A DNA stretch of 64,000 bases from Promethearchaeia archaeon (GTDB lineage: Archaea > Asgardarchaeota > Lokiarchaeia > Sigyniarchaeales > SOKP01), in NCBI GenBank assembly GCA_029856145.1, contig JAHQWK010000012.1:96001-160000 (forward strand). The letters run 5' to 3'. This document shows, piece by piece, positions 21,741 to 30,900 of the stretch. The stretch's first letter is position 1; each line of letters opens with the position of its first letter. The position numbers and the translations under genes were made by a program. The notes beneath the pieces are model-generated. The model was not told the origin of the DNA, did not search any database, and saw nothing but the letters and a program-made list of their open reading frames with translations.

Positions 21741-22535
21741 TTATTTTTTCATGCTATAGTAAGCTATAAGGTCGTCTAACCAATTGAAGATTTCTTCTTT
21801 TGATAGATTGTCAAGATTAAACTTCAGTCTTTCTAATTCTCTTAGAATATTTTTAATATCCAATGGTATAGATCGTTGACATAGTTCAAATAAAAATTCA
21901 TTACTCTTTGTAACCAATGATTTAATTTCCGAATCCATTGCTTCAAATATAGGAGTATTATCTAATTCATCCACAGTTTTATCAATATCTACAAGTAAAT
22001 TTATTAAATCAAAAAGTCTTCCCGTTTCATTTCCTTTAAATGAACTATGAAACTGAAAGAAATAACCCCTGTAATCATCTATAGGAATTAATTCGGAATA
22101 TTGATTCGCTATTCGAATAACAGATTTTATATGTTTATATAGATTCGATGGAGCCCATGCATATAAATCAAGACTAGACTCTACTTCCTTACTTCGTATA
22201 TCTAAATTAAATTGATGCTCATCTTTAAAATAACCAAAAGGAATAATAACAAAATCCAATGAATTTACACTATTTTTCGTTAAAGAAAAGCTTAGATCAT
22301 CTATAGTATAAGCTTGATCTAGTGAATGTCTATATAAGTTAAATTTTATTTTTTTAATACCTGGTTTATACATATAAAATAATAATCCTTCAAATCCCTG
22401 AAGACTAAACTCTACTGAAAATTTTATATCTCTTTTTATATTCGCTCCATTATTAAATCTTACATCAAGAAATAAATGATAATAGTTTTCAAGATACTGG
22501 AAAAACCAAGGAGCATCGCGCTTTAAATTAAACAT
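21741..22535 (-). CDS. hypothetical protein
   Basis: 264-aa ORF. Confidence 0.6.
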   Translation of the reverse strand: MFNLKRDAPWFFQYLENYYHLFLDVRFNNGANIKRDIKFSVEFSLQGFEGLLFYMYKPGIKKIKFNLYRHSLDQAYTIDDLSFSLTKNSVNSLDFVIIPFGYFKDEHQFNLDIRSKEVESSLDLYAWAPSNLYKHIKSVIRIANQYSELIPIDDYRGYFFQFHSSFKGNETGRLFDLINLLVDIDKTVDELDNTPIFEAMDSEIKSLVTKSNEFLFELCQRSIPLDIKNILRELERLKFNLDNLSKEEIFNWLDDLIAYYSMKK

Positions 22536-22682
22536 AATTATTTTAACTATATTTTATTATTTATTTCTTATTATCTAATAATCCCTAAGATAAATACAAT
22601 GGAATTGTGTAATTGTACAAAATTATAAAATTCCAAATTATTAAATAATCCTTTATTATTTAAACTTTACAATCGTTTTTAA

Positions 22683-22973
22683 TTAAGTTTTAAAATCTAA
22701 AATTCTAGAACCATGAAATAATCTAACTATTTGAACCTTATCTCCAAAAATTCTATAAATAAGACGATAATTTCTTAAAATTAATTCTCGAATATTTGGA
22801 TCGTCGAGCTCTGGTACTTTTCTTCCCAATTTCGGAAATTGAGTTAAACTTTCAACTTTTTCACGAACCAGTTCATAAAAGGAAAGAGCATATTCAAGCG
22901 AGTCTTGAGCAATATAATCAATAATCTCATTCAAATCATTTTCTGCTGTTGGAGACCATTCTATTTCAACCAT
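22683..22973 (-). CDS. RelE/ParE family toxin
   Basis: WSPTAENDLNEIIDYIAQDS, FPKLGR, YRLIYRI, IVRLFHGSR. Confidence 0.88.
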   Translation of the reverse strand: MVEIEWSPTAENDLNEIIDYIAQDSLEYALSFYELVREKVESLTQFPKLGRKVPELDDPNIRELILRNYRLIYRIFGDKVQIVRLFHGSRILDFKT

Positions 22974-23161
22974 TTTTCCAATCTCTTTTTAGCATTTTCC
23001 ATGACTTGTTCATGAGGAATTACTTTTCCTAGCTTAACTTCTTCAATACCCGTTAATATCTTCTTTTTAACATATAGATGATACATGATATCATCAATTG
23101 TAGCATCTTCTGGTAATTTTCTTATAAGGGCTATTATTTCTTCCTTAAGATTAGTAGTCAT
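22961..23161 (-). CDS. putative antitoxin of the RelE/ParE pair
   Basis: LPEDATIDDIMYHLYV...G.VIPHEQV; overlaps the toxin start. Confidence 0.8.
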   Translation of the reverse strand: MTTNLKEEIIALIRKLPEDATIDDIMYHLYVKKKILTGIEEVKLGKVIPHEQVMENAKKRLEKWLK

Positions 23162-23527
23162 AAGTTCTCACTATCTAAATAATCATTTTAACTTTTATAA
23201 TTACTTATCCACTTTTAATAACCCATAGAAATGATAACAATCTTTCTAATTGAAAAACTTTCTGGCATTGTCATATTCATTAAATTTAAAAAAAAATTAT
23301 TTAATTAAAATTCTCCAGTTATTTCATCTTGTCTCAAAACTTCTCTGAATTTGGTACGATTGAAAGAAATTAAAGATATTTTTTCAATCAGATCTCCGTT
23401 ATTTGAAGCGAATACCAGTCTAGTTGGTTCTTTATTATCGTATCTTTCTTATTTAAATCTTACAATCTCAATAAGAATGTTTAAAAAAATTAAAAAAATA
23501 AAAGAATTTTAAGATTATACTATTTAT

Positions 23528-24406
23528 CTATATACCAAGCTTTTCTAATACTCCAGATAATCTTGTACGATGAAATTTTAATCCTAATTCATCCGGACTA
23601 AATCCCATTGCTAAAGCATATAATTCTGTTAGATACAAAACAGGGATTCCATATTCGGTTTCGAACATCTTGCCGAGATCTCTTTGTCTAGTATCAAATT
23701 GCTGGAAACATGATGGACAGTTCACAACAATGACGTCCGCACCAGTCTTTTTAATACTATCCATTTTTTTCTTTAGATTTGCCATGCCATGTTCCTCATA
23801 TGCATTTGTTACTGCTGAACCGCAACAAAGTGCAATTTCTTCATAGTCTACTACTGTAGCCCCAGAAAGAGCTGCTAACTCTTTTAAATTAGTCGGTCGC
23901 ATTGGATCGTCGGATTCCATCCATTCAGCGGGTCTCATATAATGACACCCTGGATGGCAAGCTACTTTCAAACCACCTAATTGTTTAGTTATAGCTCCTC
24001 TAATCTTATCCAATCCCACTTCATCTTTCAATACATCAACAAAATGCTTTATATCTATAGACCCTTTAAATTCCTTCCCGATTTTTGCCAGCTCCGAATT
24101 GACCTTTTCCTTCTTCAAGCTATCATGCTCTAATTGATGCTTTACACCTCTTAAAGTATTAGCACAACCATTACATAATGATACAATGTCCTTACCCTCT
24201 GTTTCTGCTAAACATAGATTTCGAGCACCGATTGTTAACCACGCATCATTATCAAAACATTTTACTCCAGTAGGATCTGGACAACATGAGAATGGTGCCT
24301 GAGAGGTTTCAATACCTAGCTTATCAAAAACTTTTCTTGAAGCAGCTTCAATAAAAGGAATTCTATTACCAATAACACATCCCTCAAACATTTTATATTC
24401 TGTCAT
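23528..24406 (-). CDS. hdrB: heterodisulfide reductase subunit B (copy 1)
   Basis: Two CCG domains: GC..SCCP..CNGC and GCH..CCG..CPSC. Confidence 0.92.
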   Translation of the reverse strand: MTEYKMFEGCVIGNRIPFIEAASRKVFDKLGIETSQAPFSCCPDPTGVKCFDNDAWLTIGARNLCLAETEGKDIVSLCNGCANTLRGVKHQLEHDSLKKEKVNSELAKIGKEFKGSIDIKHFVDVLKDEVGLDKIRGAITKQLGGLKVACHPGCHYMRPAEWMESDDPMRPTNLKELAALSGATVVDYEEIALCCGSAVTNAYEEHGMANLKKKMDSIKKTGADVIVVNCPSCFQQFDTRQRDLGKMFETEYGIPVLYLTELYALAMGFSPDELGLKFHRTRLSGVLEKLGI

Positions 24407-24422
24407 TTTTCTTATCCTCGAA

Positions 24423-24932
24423 TTATTTTAGTTTTTTATCTGTTCCAATATTTTTTAGTAATGTTTGTACTTCATTCACATCTGGTACTACTACCGCTGG
24501 TAAACCTAATTGTTCTCTTCGTCTCTCAATTGCAGGTTGTGAAGGAATTGCTTTGGCATTTTCGAAAACTGTTTTTGCCTGTGAATAGATAAATTCTGGA
24601 CCTTTCCCTAGAGCAATACTCTGGTTTTTTAGAAATGTAAAGATTTCTGTAAGCTCAATATTTTGGGGACATACCTCATCACATGTATCACAAACAGTAC
24701 AACCCCAAATAGTTAACTCATCTCCTCCAAGGAGTAAACCTTTATATCCTAAAAGAGCAAATAAGATATTTTTTCTAGGATTATAACCCTTAGCCGGGTC
24801 ATAAAAATCCGCGGTAACATCAGTTACAGGACAATTATCAGCACATCTACTACATTGATAACAGTATTTAATCACATCAGGCCCAATATGGTAATCTAAA
24901 ATCTGTTTTCTCCATTCAAAGTTTACTTCCAT
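24423..24932 (-). CDS. hdrC: heterodisulfide reductase subunit C (copy 1)
   Basis: CYQCSRCADNCP and CTVCDTCDEVCP; upstream of hdrB. Confidence 0.9.
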   Translation of the reverse strand: MEVNFEWRKQILDYHIGPDVIKYCYQCSRCADNCPVTDVTADFYDPAKGYNPRKNILFALLGYKGLLLGGDELTIWGCTVCDTCDEVCPQNIELTEIFTFLKNQSIALGKGPEFIYSQAKTVFENAKAIPSQPAIERRREQLGLPAVVVPDVNEVQTLLKNIGTDKKLK

Positions 24933-24977
24933 TTTTTTTCACTTTTTTTCTTATTTTTTGAATGATTTTTTTTATTT

Positions 24978-25055
24978 GTAGGCTTTAACCCCACGCAAGG
25001 GGCAGTTATATCCAATTTCTATTATTTTTATTGGACATTCATCCTATAAGCCTAC
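24978..25055 (-). promoter_or_regulatory. candidate SECIS-like element in the vhuU 3' UTR
   Basis: AUGA, 9-bp helix AUGUCCAAU/AUUGGAUAU, A-rich loop, a CCCC/GGGG hairpin, all closed by GUAGGCUU/AAGCCUAC. Confidence 0.5.
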
Positions 25056-25190
25056 GTTCAAATTTCGAGAGTAAATCTCAGTGCCCTCTTCATTAACTAC
25101 AGTAATGTGAGCAGCACACGATAGTCAACAGTCAAAACAGCGAACTATCATTTCCAAGAGATTTACTACACCTTCTGGTATATCACTCAT
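25044..25190 (-). CDS. vhuU: [NiFeSe]-hydrogenase small peptide subunit VhuU, selenoprotein (Sec at codon 22)
   Basis: Manual translation MSDIPEGVVNLLEMIVRCFDC(TGA)LSCAAHITVVNEEGTEIYSRNLNVGL; supplies the L2 Ni-binding motif missing from the upstream large subunit. Confidence 0.92.
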
Positions 25191-25233
25191 CTTTTTTTAT
25201 TCACTTTTTTATTTAATTTTCAATATATTTGAT

Positions 25234-26538
25234 TTATTTAATCCATGGGTCTGGTAATTTTAATCCATCTAGTGCCTTGTCTTCGAAAACCTGTTTAGCT
25301 ACATGCATTAATGTCTTTTCAATTCCCGCAATATTATGGTTAGTTGCTACTAAGAGATTTGCTTTTTTACAAATTCCTTCAGCATCTGACCAAATATGAT
25401 ACAAAAGTAATCCTCGTGGAGCTTCAGTGACGCCAACACCATCTCCTTCTCGTGGTTGGACATCCAAAGTTTTACAATCTGGATTTACCACATCATCATC
25501 TTGAAGGAGTGTTGCTACAACTTCAATTGACTCAACTAATTCAATTAATCGAGCCCAATGATATGCGAATGTATGATGAGGTATGTTTCCAACTTTTGCT
25601 CTCATTGCTTGCAATGCTTCATCAGCTAAGGGAGTTGCCATTTTATCTGCACAGTTAATCATTGCTAATGTATTCGCTCGATAAATACCTTCAGGGTATC
25701 CAGCAGGTTTATAATACATGTGAGTTGCATAAGAATGTTCTGGAATGTGTTCACCTAAAGCGTCTAAATATTTCTGAGGTGGATAATCGAATTTCTCTCC
25801 ATCAGGAGAAACAATACGAATATCACCATCATAAATATCATGAACACCATTTTTAGTCATACCTAAGTAATAAGTTGGAACAACACCAACATTAGCAACA
25901 ACATCCCAATAATCTTCGACAACTTTTAAACCAATATCCACAGTCTTTTTTGTCCATTCAACTTGATCCTCAATTTGTTTTAAAAACAAATCTCGAACAT
26001 CTTCATCTAAAGGCTTTTTCATTCCACCAACTATAGCAGAAATTGGATGTACAGATTTACCACCTACTGCAGCGCATAATTTCTGTCCAAAATCCATCAT
26101 TTTTAATGCCATTGTACCGACTTCTGGCATTTTATTGATGACATGAACAACATTCCTTAGCGCAGGATCAGCGAAAGGTCCTAATAAGAAATCAGGAGCT
26201 GCAAGTGCATAGAAATGAAGTGCATGTGATGAATATTGCTTTGCATTCTGTAACAATTGACGTAATTTATATGCTGCAGGAGGAATTTGAACGCCCCAAG
26301 CGTCTTCTACTGCTTTGGTAGGTGTTAGATGATGAGGTATCGGACATATACCACAAATTCTTGGAGTAATTCTAGGGATATTTTCGCAATATCTTCCTTC
26401 AAGAAATTTCTCAAAAAATCTTGTCGAAGTGATATTGAATTGAACATCTTGTACCTTTCCATCATCACCTAAGACTAATCTTAAGCCTCCATGTCCCTCT
26501 AATCGAGTCACGGGGTCTACTACTATTTCTTTTACCAT
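25234..26538 (-). CDS. vhuA: F420-non-reducing (group 3c-like) hydrogenase large subunit lacking the C-terminal L2 motif
   Basis: DPVTRLEGH, RICGICP, EAPRG; no DPCxxC at the end. Confidence 0.92.
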   Translation of the reverse strand: MVKEIVVDPVTRLEGHGGLRLVLGDDGKVQDVQFNITSTRFFEKFLEGRYCENIPRITPRICGICPIPHHLTPTKAVEDAWGVQIPPAAYKLRQLLQNAKQYSSHALHFYALAAPDFLLGPFADPALRNVVHVINKMPEVGTMALKMMDFGQKLCAAVGGKSVHPISAIVGGMKKPLDEDVRDLFLKQIEDQVEWTKKTVDIGLKVVEDYWDVVANVGVVPTYYLGMTKNGVHDIYDGDIRIVSPDGEKFDYPPQKYLDALGEHIPEHSYATHMYYKPAGYPEGIYRANTLAMINCADKMATPLADEALQAMRAKVGNIPHHTFAYHWARLIELVESIEVVATLLQDDDVVNPDCKTLDVQPREGDGVGVTEAPRGLLLYHIWSDAEGICKKANLLVATNHNIAGIEKTLMHVAKQVFEDKALDGLKLPDPWIK

Positions 26539-26542
26539 TTTT

Positions 26543-27856
26543 TTATACGCCTCCTTTTCTTGATGCTAATGTAAATTTTTCAAAAGTGCCAATAGGATCT
26601 TTTACTTGAGCAAGTAGTTCATCTTTGGATAAACTCACATTGAATCCCTTAAGTATAGTATCTGCAAATCTCTCTGCTTGATCAACACCCCATTCTGTCT
26701 GACCATAACAGCCAGAACATGGAGCGTTAACCTTGATACATAGACCGCCACAGCCAGCACGAGTAACAGGACCCATACAGATATATCCTTGTTCAATAAG
26801 ACAATCATCCATATTAGGAAGCCCTTCATAGTCTCTTTTAACTTTTGTCATTGTAGATTTGCTTCCAATAATCCGAGGACATGTGTCACAGACGTTTGAG
26901 ATTTCAGTGAAATCTGAATTATCTCTCAAGAAAGCCATTAAACTTCCCGCAATTTCCTCTGTTGTTGGAGGTAAATTTGCTATGGGTGTGTCAGGAGTTC
27001 CATGTTTCTTTACTTGTTTTAGGATATCTCCAGCTAAATCAAAACCTGCCATTAATGGGACATTCAAGAATAATGTTAGAAATTCATACAAATTCTTTTT
27101 ATCTCCTGAACTAATAGCACCAAGACTCTTCGTCATACTGCCTAATTTTTCTGCTCTAGAATCAACTGTCTTTGCAGGCCCAAAGCAACCAACACAGGGT
27201 TTTCCTTTACTGGTACATTTTAAGCTGCAACCAATACTAGTTATGGGACCGAAGCATAATTTTCCTGCGTCTAATAAACAGTTATCTTTAATAGCACAAT
27301 CATTACAATATGCAAGATCATTCATAGGAAATGGCTTTTGTCCTAATAAGAATATCACAGCACTGACAATCTGTTCTGGTCTAGGCGGACACCCTGCCAT
27401 ATAAACATCTACATTAATAATATCATCAACAGGAACGATTTTATCTCTAAAACCGGGAGTATGTTGTGTTGGTTCACCACCACTTCCATCAGCTATACTT
27501 TCTACTTCAGAGAATTTTCTTCTTACTAAGTCATCTTTATTCCACTGGTTAGCTAATCCATGTACATTTCCATAGCAGGAACAACTTCCAAAATTAATGA
27601 TTAGAGCGCATTTTTCTCTCATTAGTTTGACGTTTTCATAATCTTCATTAGTTCTAACAGAACCTTCAATGAATCCGACTAATATTGAACCGTTTTCTCT
27701 CGCTTTCAATGAATCATGTTTAAAGTCTACTACTGCTGGCCAGTAAACTATTTCGAGTGCTGGAAGAACTGGCAATAATCCTAAATGAGCATTCAATAAG
27801 GATTGATGACAACCCCAACAATCGGAAAGTTGCATAAAAGCTACTTTTACTGCCAT
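26543..27856 (-). CDS. vhuG: F420-non-reducing hydrogenase small subunit with duplicated C-terminal Fe-S module
   Basis: CWGC, GSCS, GCPP and two 8-Cys modules. Confidence 0.88.
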   Translation of the reverse strand: MAVKVAFMQLSDCWGCHQSLLNAHLGLLPVLPALEIVYWPAVVDFKHDSLKARENGSILVGFIEGSVRTNEDYENVKLMREKCALIINFGSCSCYGNVHGLANQWNKDDLVRRKFSEVESIADGSGGEPTQHTPGFRDKIVPVDDIINVDVYMAGCPPRPEQIVSAVIFLLGQKPFPMNDLAYCNDCAIKDNCLLDAGKLCFGPITSIGCSLKCTSKGKPCVGCFGPAKTVDSRAEKLGSMTKSLGAISSGDKKNLYEFLTLFLNVPLMAGFDLAGDILKQVKKHGTPDTPIANLPPTTEEIAGSLMAFLRDNSDFTEISNVCDTCPRIIGSKSTMTKVKRDYEGLPNMDDCLIEQGYICMGPVTRAGCGGLCIKVNAPCSGCYGQTEWGVDQAERFADTILKGFNVSLSKDELLAQVKDPIGTFEKFTLASRKGGV

Positions 27857-28407
27857 TTTTTATCAATTTTTTTTTGTATATTTTGTTTGTTTAAATTAGC
27901 TAATTTAAATTAAAAAAAATTAGTTGAGATATGTTATTCATAACTGTATTAAAAAGTTCTGATTCCTTTTACATTCTGATAAAATTATTTTTACAATATG
28001 AATAAATATTCAAAATTTACATTTAGCTAAATTTGGAAGCAGATTTTTAATTAACTCCTTATTATATTTTAGAAAATGAAATATTTATTTTTTTATTCGT
28101 TTTAAGCGAAAATAATAAGCCTTTTATCGAATAAATTAACTAAATTTATCTGATTGTGGTAAATGATAATTCCATTAAAATAACTATGTTCTTGTGTTAA
28201 ATTTTAATTATTAATGTCGACCTTGTTTTAAGAGTATTTGAAGATAAATTTTGTATTAATAAAACTGATAATTTTGTAGAAGAAAAACTGACTGACTAAT
28301 TTCATTAATTTTAAATATTTTACCATCTAATTAGAATTATCATTCATTTACCTATCGAATGATTATTCAAAACAATTAAATAAAAAACAAAAAAAAGTTG
28401 GATAGAA

Positions 28408-28641
28408 ATGGTAGATATTACAGATACACTGGATTGCACGGGCGATGTTTGTCCTTATCCAGATGTAAAAAGCAAAAGAAGAGTTAAAAAGATGAATTCA
28501 GGAGAAGTACTTGAAATTCTCCTTGATTATCCTCTTTCAGCTGAGAGAATTCCCGAAACTATGAAATCTCTAGGGCATGAAGTGCTATCTGTAGATAAGA
28601 CCGGAGATTCTTCTTGGAAGATTCTCATCCAAATAAAATAA
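28408..28641 (+). CDS. tusA: TusA/SirA (YeeD/YedF-like) sulfur carrier
   Basis: LDCTGDVCPYP, GEVLEILLD. Confidence 0.9.
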   Translation: MVDITDTLDCTGDVCPYPDVKSKRRVKKMNSGEVLEILLDYPLSAERIPETMKSLGHEVLSVDKTGDSSWKILIQIK

Positions 28642-28654
28642 GGTGAAAAAAAAA

Positions 28655-29701
28655 ATGGAATTTTGGTATGCATTAATAGTAGGACTTATTATTGGAGGTA
28701 TTTTTGGTTTTATATTACAGCGCGGAAGATTCTGTATGAATTCAGCCTTCAGAGATATCATTTTAATGAAAGAATTTAAGCTCGCAAAAGCAGTCGTGGT
28801 CTCATTGGCCGTCTTAATGATTGGTTTCGCGATATTTGCATTTGGCGGAGTAATTAATTTAGCTCCAAAACCATTTAAACCATGGGCAGCAATAGTTGGT
28901 GGTTTAATATTTGGAGGTGGAATGGTTCTTGCAGCTGGGTGTGCAAGTGGAACTACATATCGAGTCGGAGAAGGAATGATGGGATCTTTTGTCGCTGCTG
29001 TTGGGTTAACAACCGGTGCAATAATGACAAAGTTTGGGCCTCTAAATCCATCAATGCTATTCTTACAAGATGTTGTAGTTGGAGGAAACCTTACAATTTT
29101 TGGAGAATTCGCAGACTTAGGAACAATATTACCGACTTTGATGATTATTATTGGTATAGTAGGGATTGCCCTTATGCTTTTTTTCTGGGGATGGCCAGCT
29201 ATAAAGAAAAAAAGAGAAGCAAAGGAACCTTTAATAAAAACTGAAAATTTTGTAGAATCAACCTTTAAAAAAGGATGGCCTTGGTGGGTTACTGGTATTG
29301 GTGTTGGTATAATATTAATAGCTGGTTACGTTGCTAGTAATGGTGTAGTAGGTATTACAGGTGGTTGGATTAATATCGATTTATGGCTCGTTTTTGGAGG
29401 GTTAAGTCCTATTGGATGGACTGGTGCTATAATTTTCGGTATTATCCTTGGATCATTCGTTAGTGCTATTATCGCTAAAGAGTTTAAGTTTAGGGTTCCG
29501 AAAGAAGGGTTCACATTGGTTAAGCAGTTTATAGGCGGAGGCTTAATGGGATTTGGTGCTGTAACAGCGATGGGATGTAATATAACAAACATATTAGGTG
29601 GAGTACCTCAGTTTTCATTACATAGTATTATAGCGGGCGCATGTATAATGTTTGGAGCTTGGATAGCAGCTTATCTTCTATTTATGTGGAGACAAGACTA
29701 A
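28655..29701 (+). CDS. YeeE/YedE family thiosulfate/sulfur-compound transporter
   Basis: QRGRFC, LAAGCASG, MGCNI; multi-TM; ATG at 28655 after AGGTGA. Confidence 0.9.
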   Translation: MEFWYALIVGLIIGGIFGFILQRGRFCMNSAFRDIILMKEFKLAKAVVVSLAVLMIGFAIFAFGGVINLAPKPFKPWAAIVGGLIFGGGMVLAAGCASGTTYRVGEGMMGSFVAAVGLTTGAIMTKFGPLNPSMLFLQDVVVGGNLTIFGEFADLGTILPTLMIIIGIVGIALMLFFWGWPAIKKKREAKEPLIKTENFVESTFKKGWPWWVTGIGVGIILIAGYVASNGVVGITGGWINIDLWLVFGGLSPIGWTGAIIFGIILGSFVSAIIAKEFKFRVPKEGFTLVKQFIGGGLMGFGAVTAMGCNITNILGGVPQFSLHSIIAGACIMFGAWIAAYLLFMWRQD

Positions 29702-29723
29702 CTTTTGGAGATGAGAGAGAAAT

Positions 29724-30086
29724 ATGGGACGACTTGGAATACTTTTTTTCAATGGACCATACCAAGCAGAGTCTGCTGAAACTGTTTGTAAATTAGCGAG
29801 CACAGCATTAGATAAAGGTCATGAAGTGCGAATTTTTTGCTATATGGATGCTGTCAATGCAGCTTTAGAAAATCAAAAAGATATTGAAGGAATATATAAC
29901 ATCGAAAAAGCGTTCAAAGAAATCCTTGAAAAAGGAGCAACTGTGAGATTATGTAACCTATGTCTTTTAGTGAGAGGTACCATGAAAAATTGTTTAAAGA
30001 GAGAATGCGGAGATGTTAAAAGAGCTGGGACACCAGATCTTGCTAAGATTATTGATGAAACTGATAAATTAATAGTAATATGTTAA
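29724..30086 (+). CDS. DsrE/TusD family sulfur-relay protein
   Basis: GPY, IFCYMDAV, CNLCLLVRG. Confidence 0.85.
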   Translation: MGRLGILFFNGPYQAESAETVCKLASTALDKGHEVRIFCYMDAVNAALENQKDIEGIYNIEKAFKEILEKGATVRLCNLCLLVRGTMKNCLKRECGDVKRAGTPDLAKIIDETDKLIVIC

Positions 30087-30097
30087 GGTGATAATAA

Positions 30098-30442
30098 ATG
30101 TCAGAAGAAAAAGAAGTAGTAATACTTTTACGGCAACCCCCTCATGGAACACTTTATCCCGTTGAGGGTCTAAGAATGTCGGTTGCTGTAAGTGCAGATT
30201 TTGATCCAATAACCATTGCTATTAATGATGGTGTCTATACCTTTCTTAAAGATGTAGATAAAACGATGTATTCAATGCACATAGATTTTCTTAAGAATAT
30301 TGACTTGGATATTTATGTAGATAAGAAATCACTTGATGAACGTGGTCTTACGAAAGATGATCTAATAGAACAAATTGAGATCAAAGAACATGGTGAAATT
30401 TTGAAAATGATTGAAAATTCAACCGTAACTATACCATTTTAG
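30098..30442 (+). CDS. DsrF/TusC family protein
   Basis: PPHG...EGLR, DGVY, SLDERG. Confidence 0.85.
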   Translation: MSEEKEVVILLRQPPHGTLYPVEGLRMSVAVSADFDPITIAINDGVYTFLKDVDKTMYSMHIDFLKNIDLDIYVDKKSLDERGLTKDDLIEQIEIKEHGEILKMIENSTVTIPF

Positions 30443-30447
30443 GAGGT

Positions 30448-30756
30448 TTGATGACAATGAGCAAAAAAGTCTTGTATTTTATCACAAGTGAAGATATCAC
30501 AGGAGTAGAACTTGCTATGGAACATACTGATGAAGATGATGTAACAATTCTCTTACTCCAAAATGCTGTATATTTCGCAAATAAAACCAATAAAACTGTT
30601 TCACAAGCACTCAATCAAAAGAAAACTGTAGCAGCCTGTAAAGAGCATATAGATTTACGAGGTTTAAACAATTTCGTCTCTGATAAAATTAAATTAGTTG
30701 CTTCCGAACAAGTTATCGACTTAATTTTCGAAAATGATACTATCATAAATATGTAA
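30448..30756 (+). CDS. DsrH/TusB family protein
   Basis: ILLLQNAVY, DLRG; third gene of a DsrEFH-like triad. Confidence 0.8.
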   Translation: MMTMSKKVLYFITSEDITGVELAMEHTDEDDVTILLLQNAVYFANKTNKTVSQALNQKKTVAACKEHIDLRGLNNFVSDKIKLVASEQVIDLIFENDTIINM

Positions 30757-30900
30757 TTGACAAAATTTAATCATTCTAAATTTTTTTTTAATTTTTTTAT
30801 TCTTGTAGATAAATTAGTCTAGATTTAAAACTTAATTACTCAAAGGTAAAATCTTAATTGATTCTATTATAACCTAAATTCTTTTAATTTTTGTTTCTAT

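Noticed and set aside
23300-23450. Open minus-strand stretch ERYDNKEPTRLVFAS...EITGEF
   Set aside because: No start codon (preceded by TAA) and no recognisable family; probable gene remnant
27857-28407. Possible TGA-interrupted vhuD/mvhD upstream of vhuG
   Set aside because: Very AT-rich, with no CxxC/U-SY or GCxxGxCH-like motif seen; treated as a divergent promoter region
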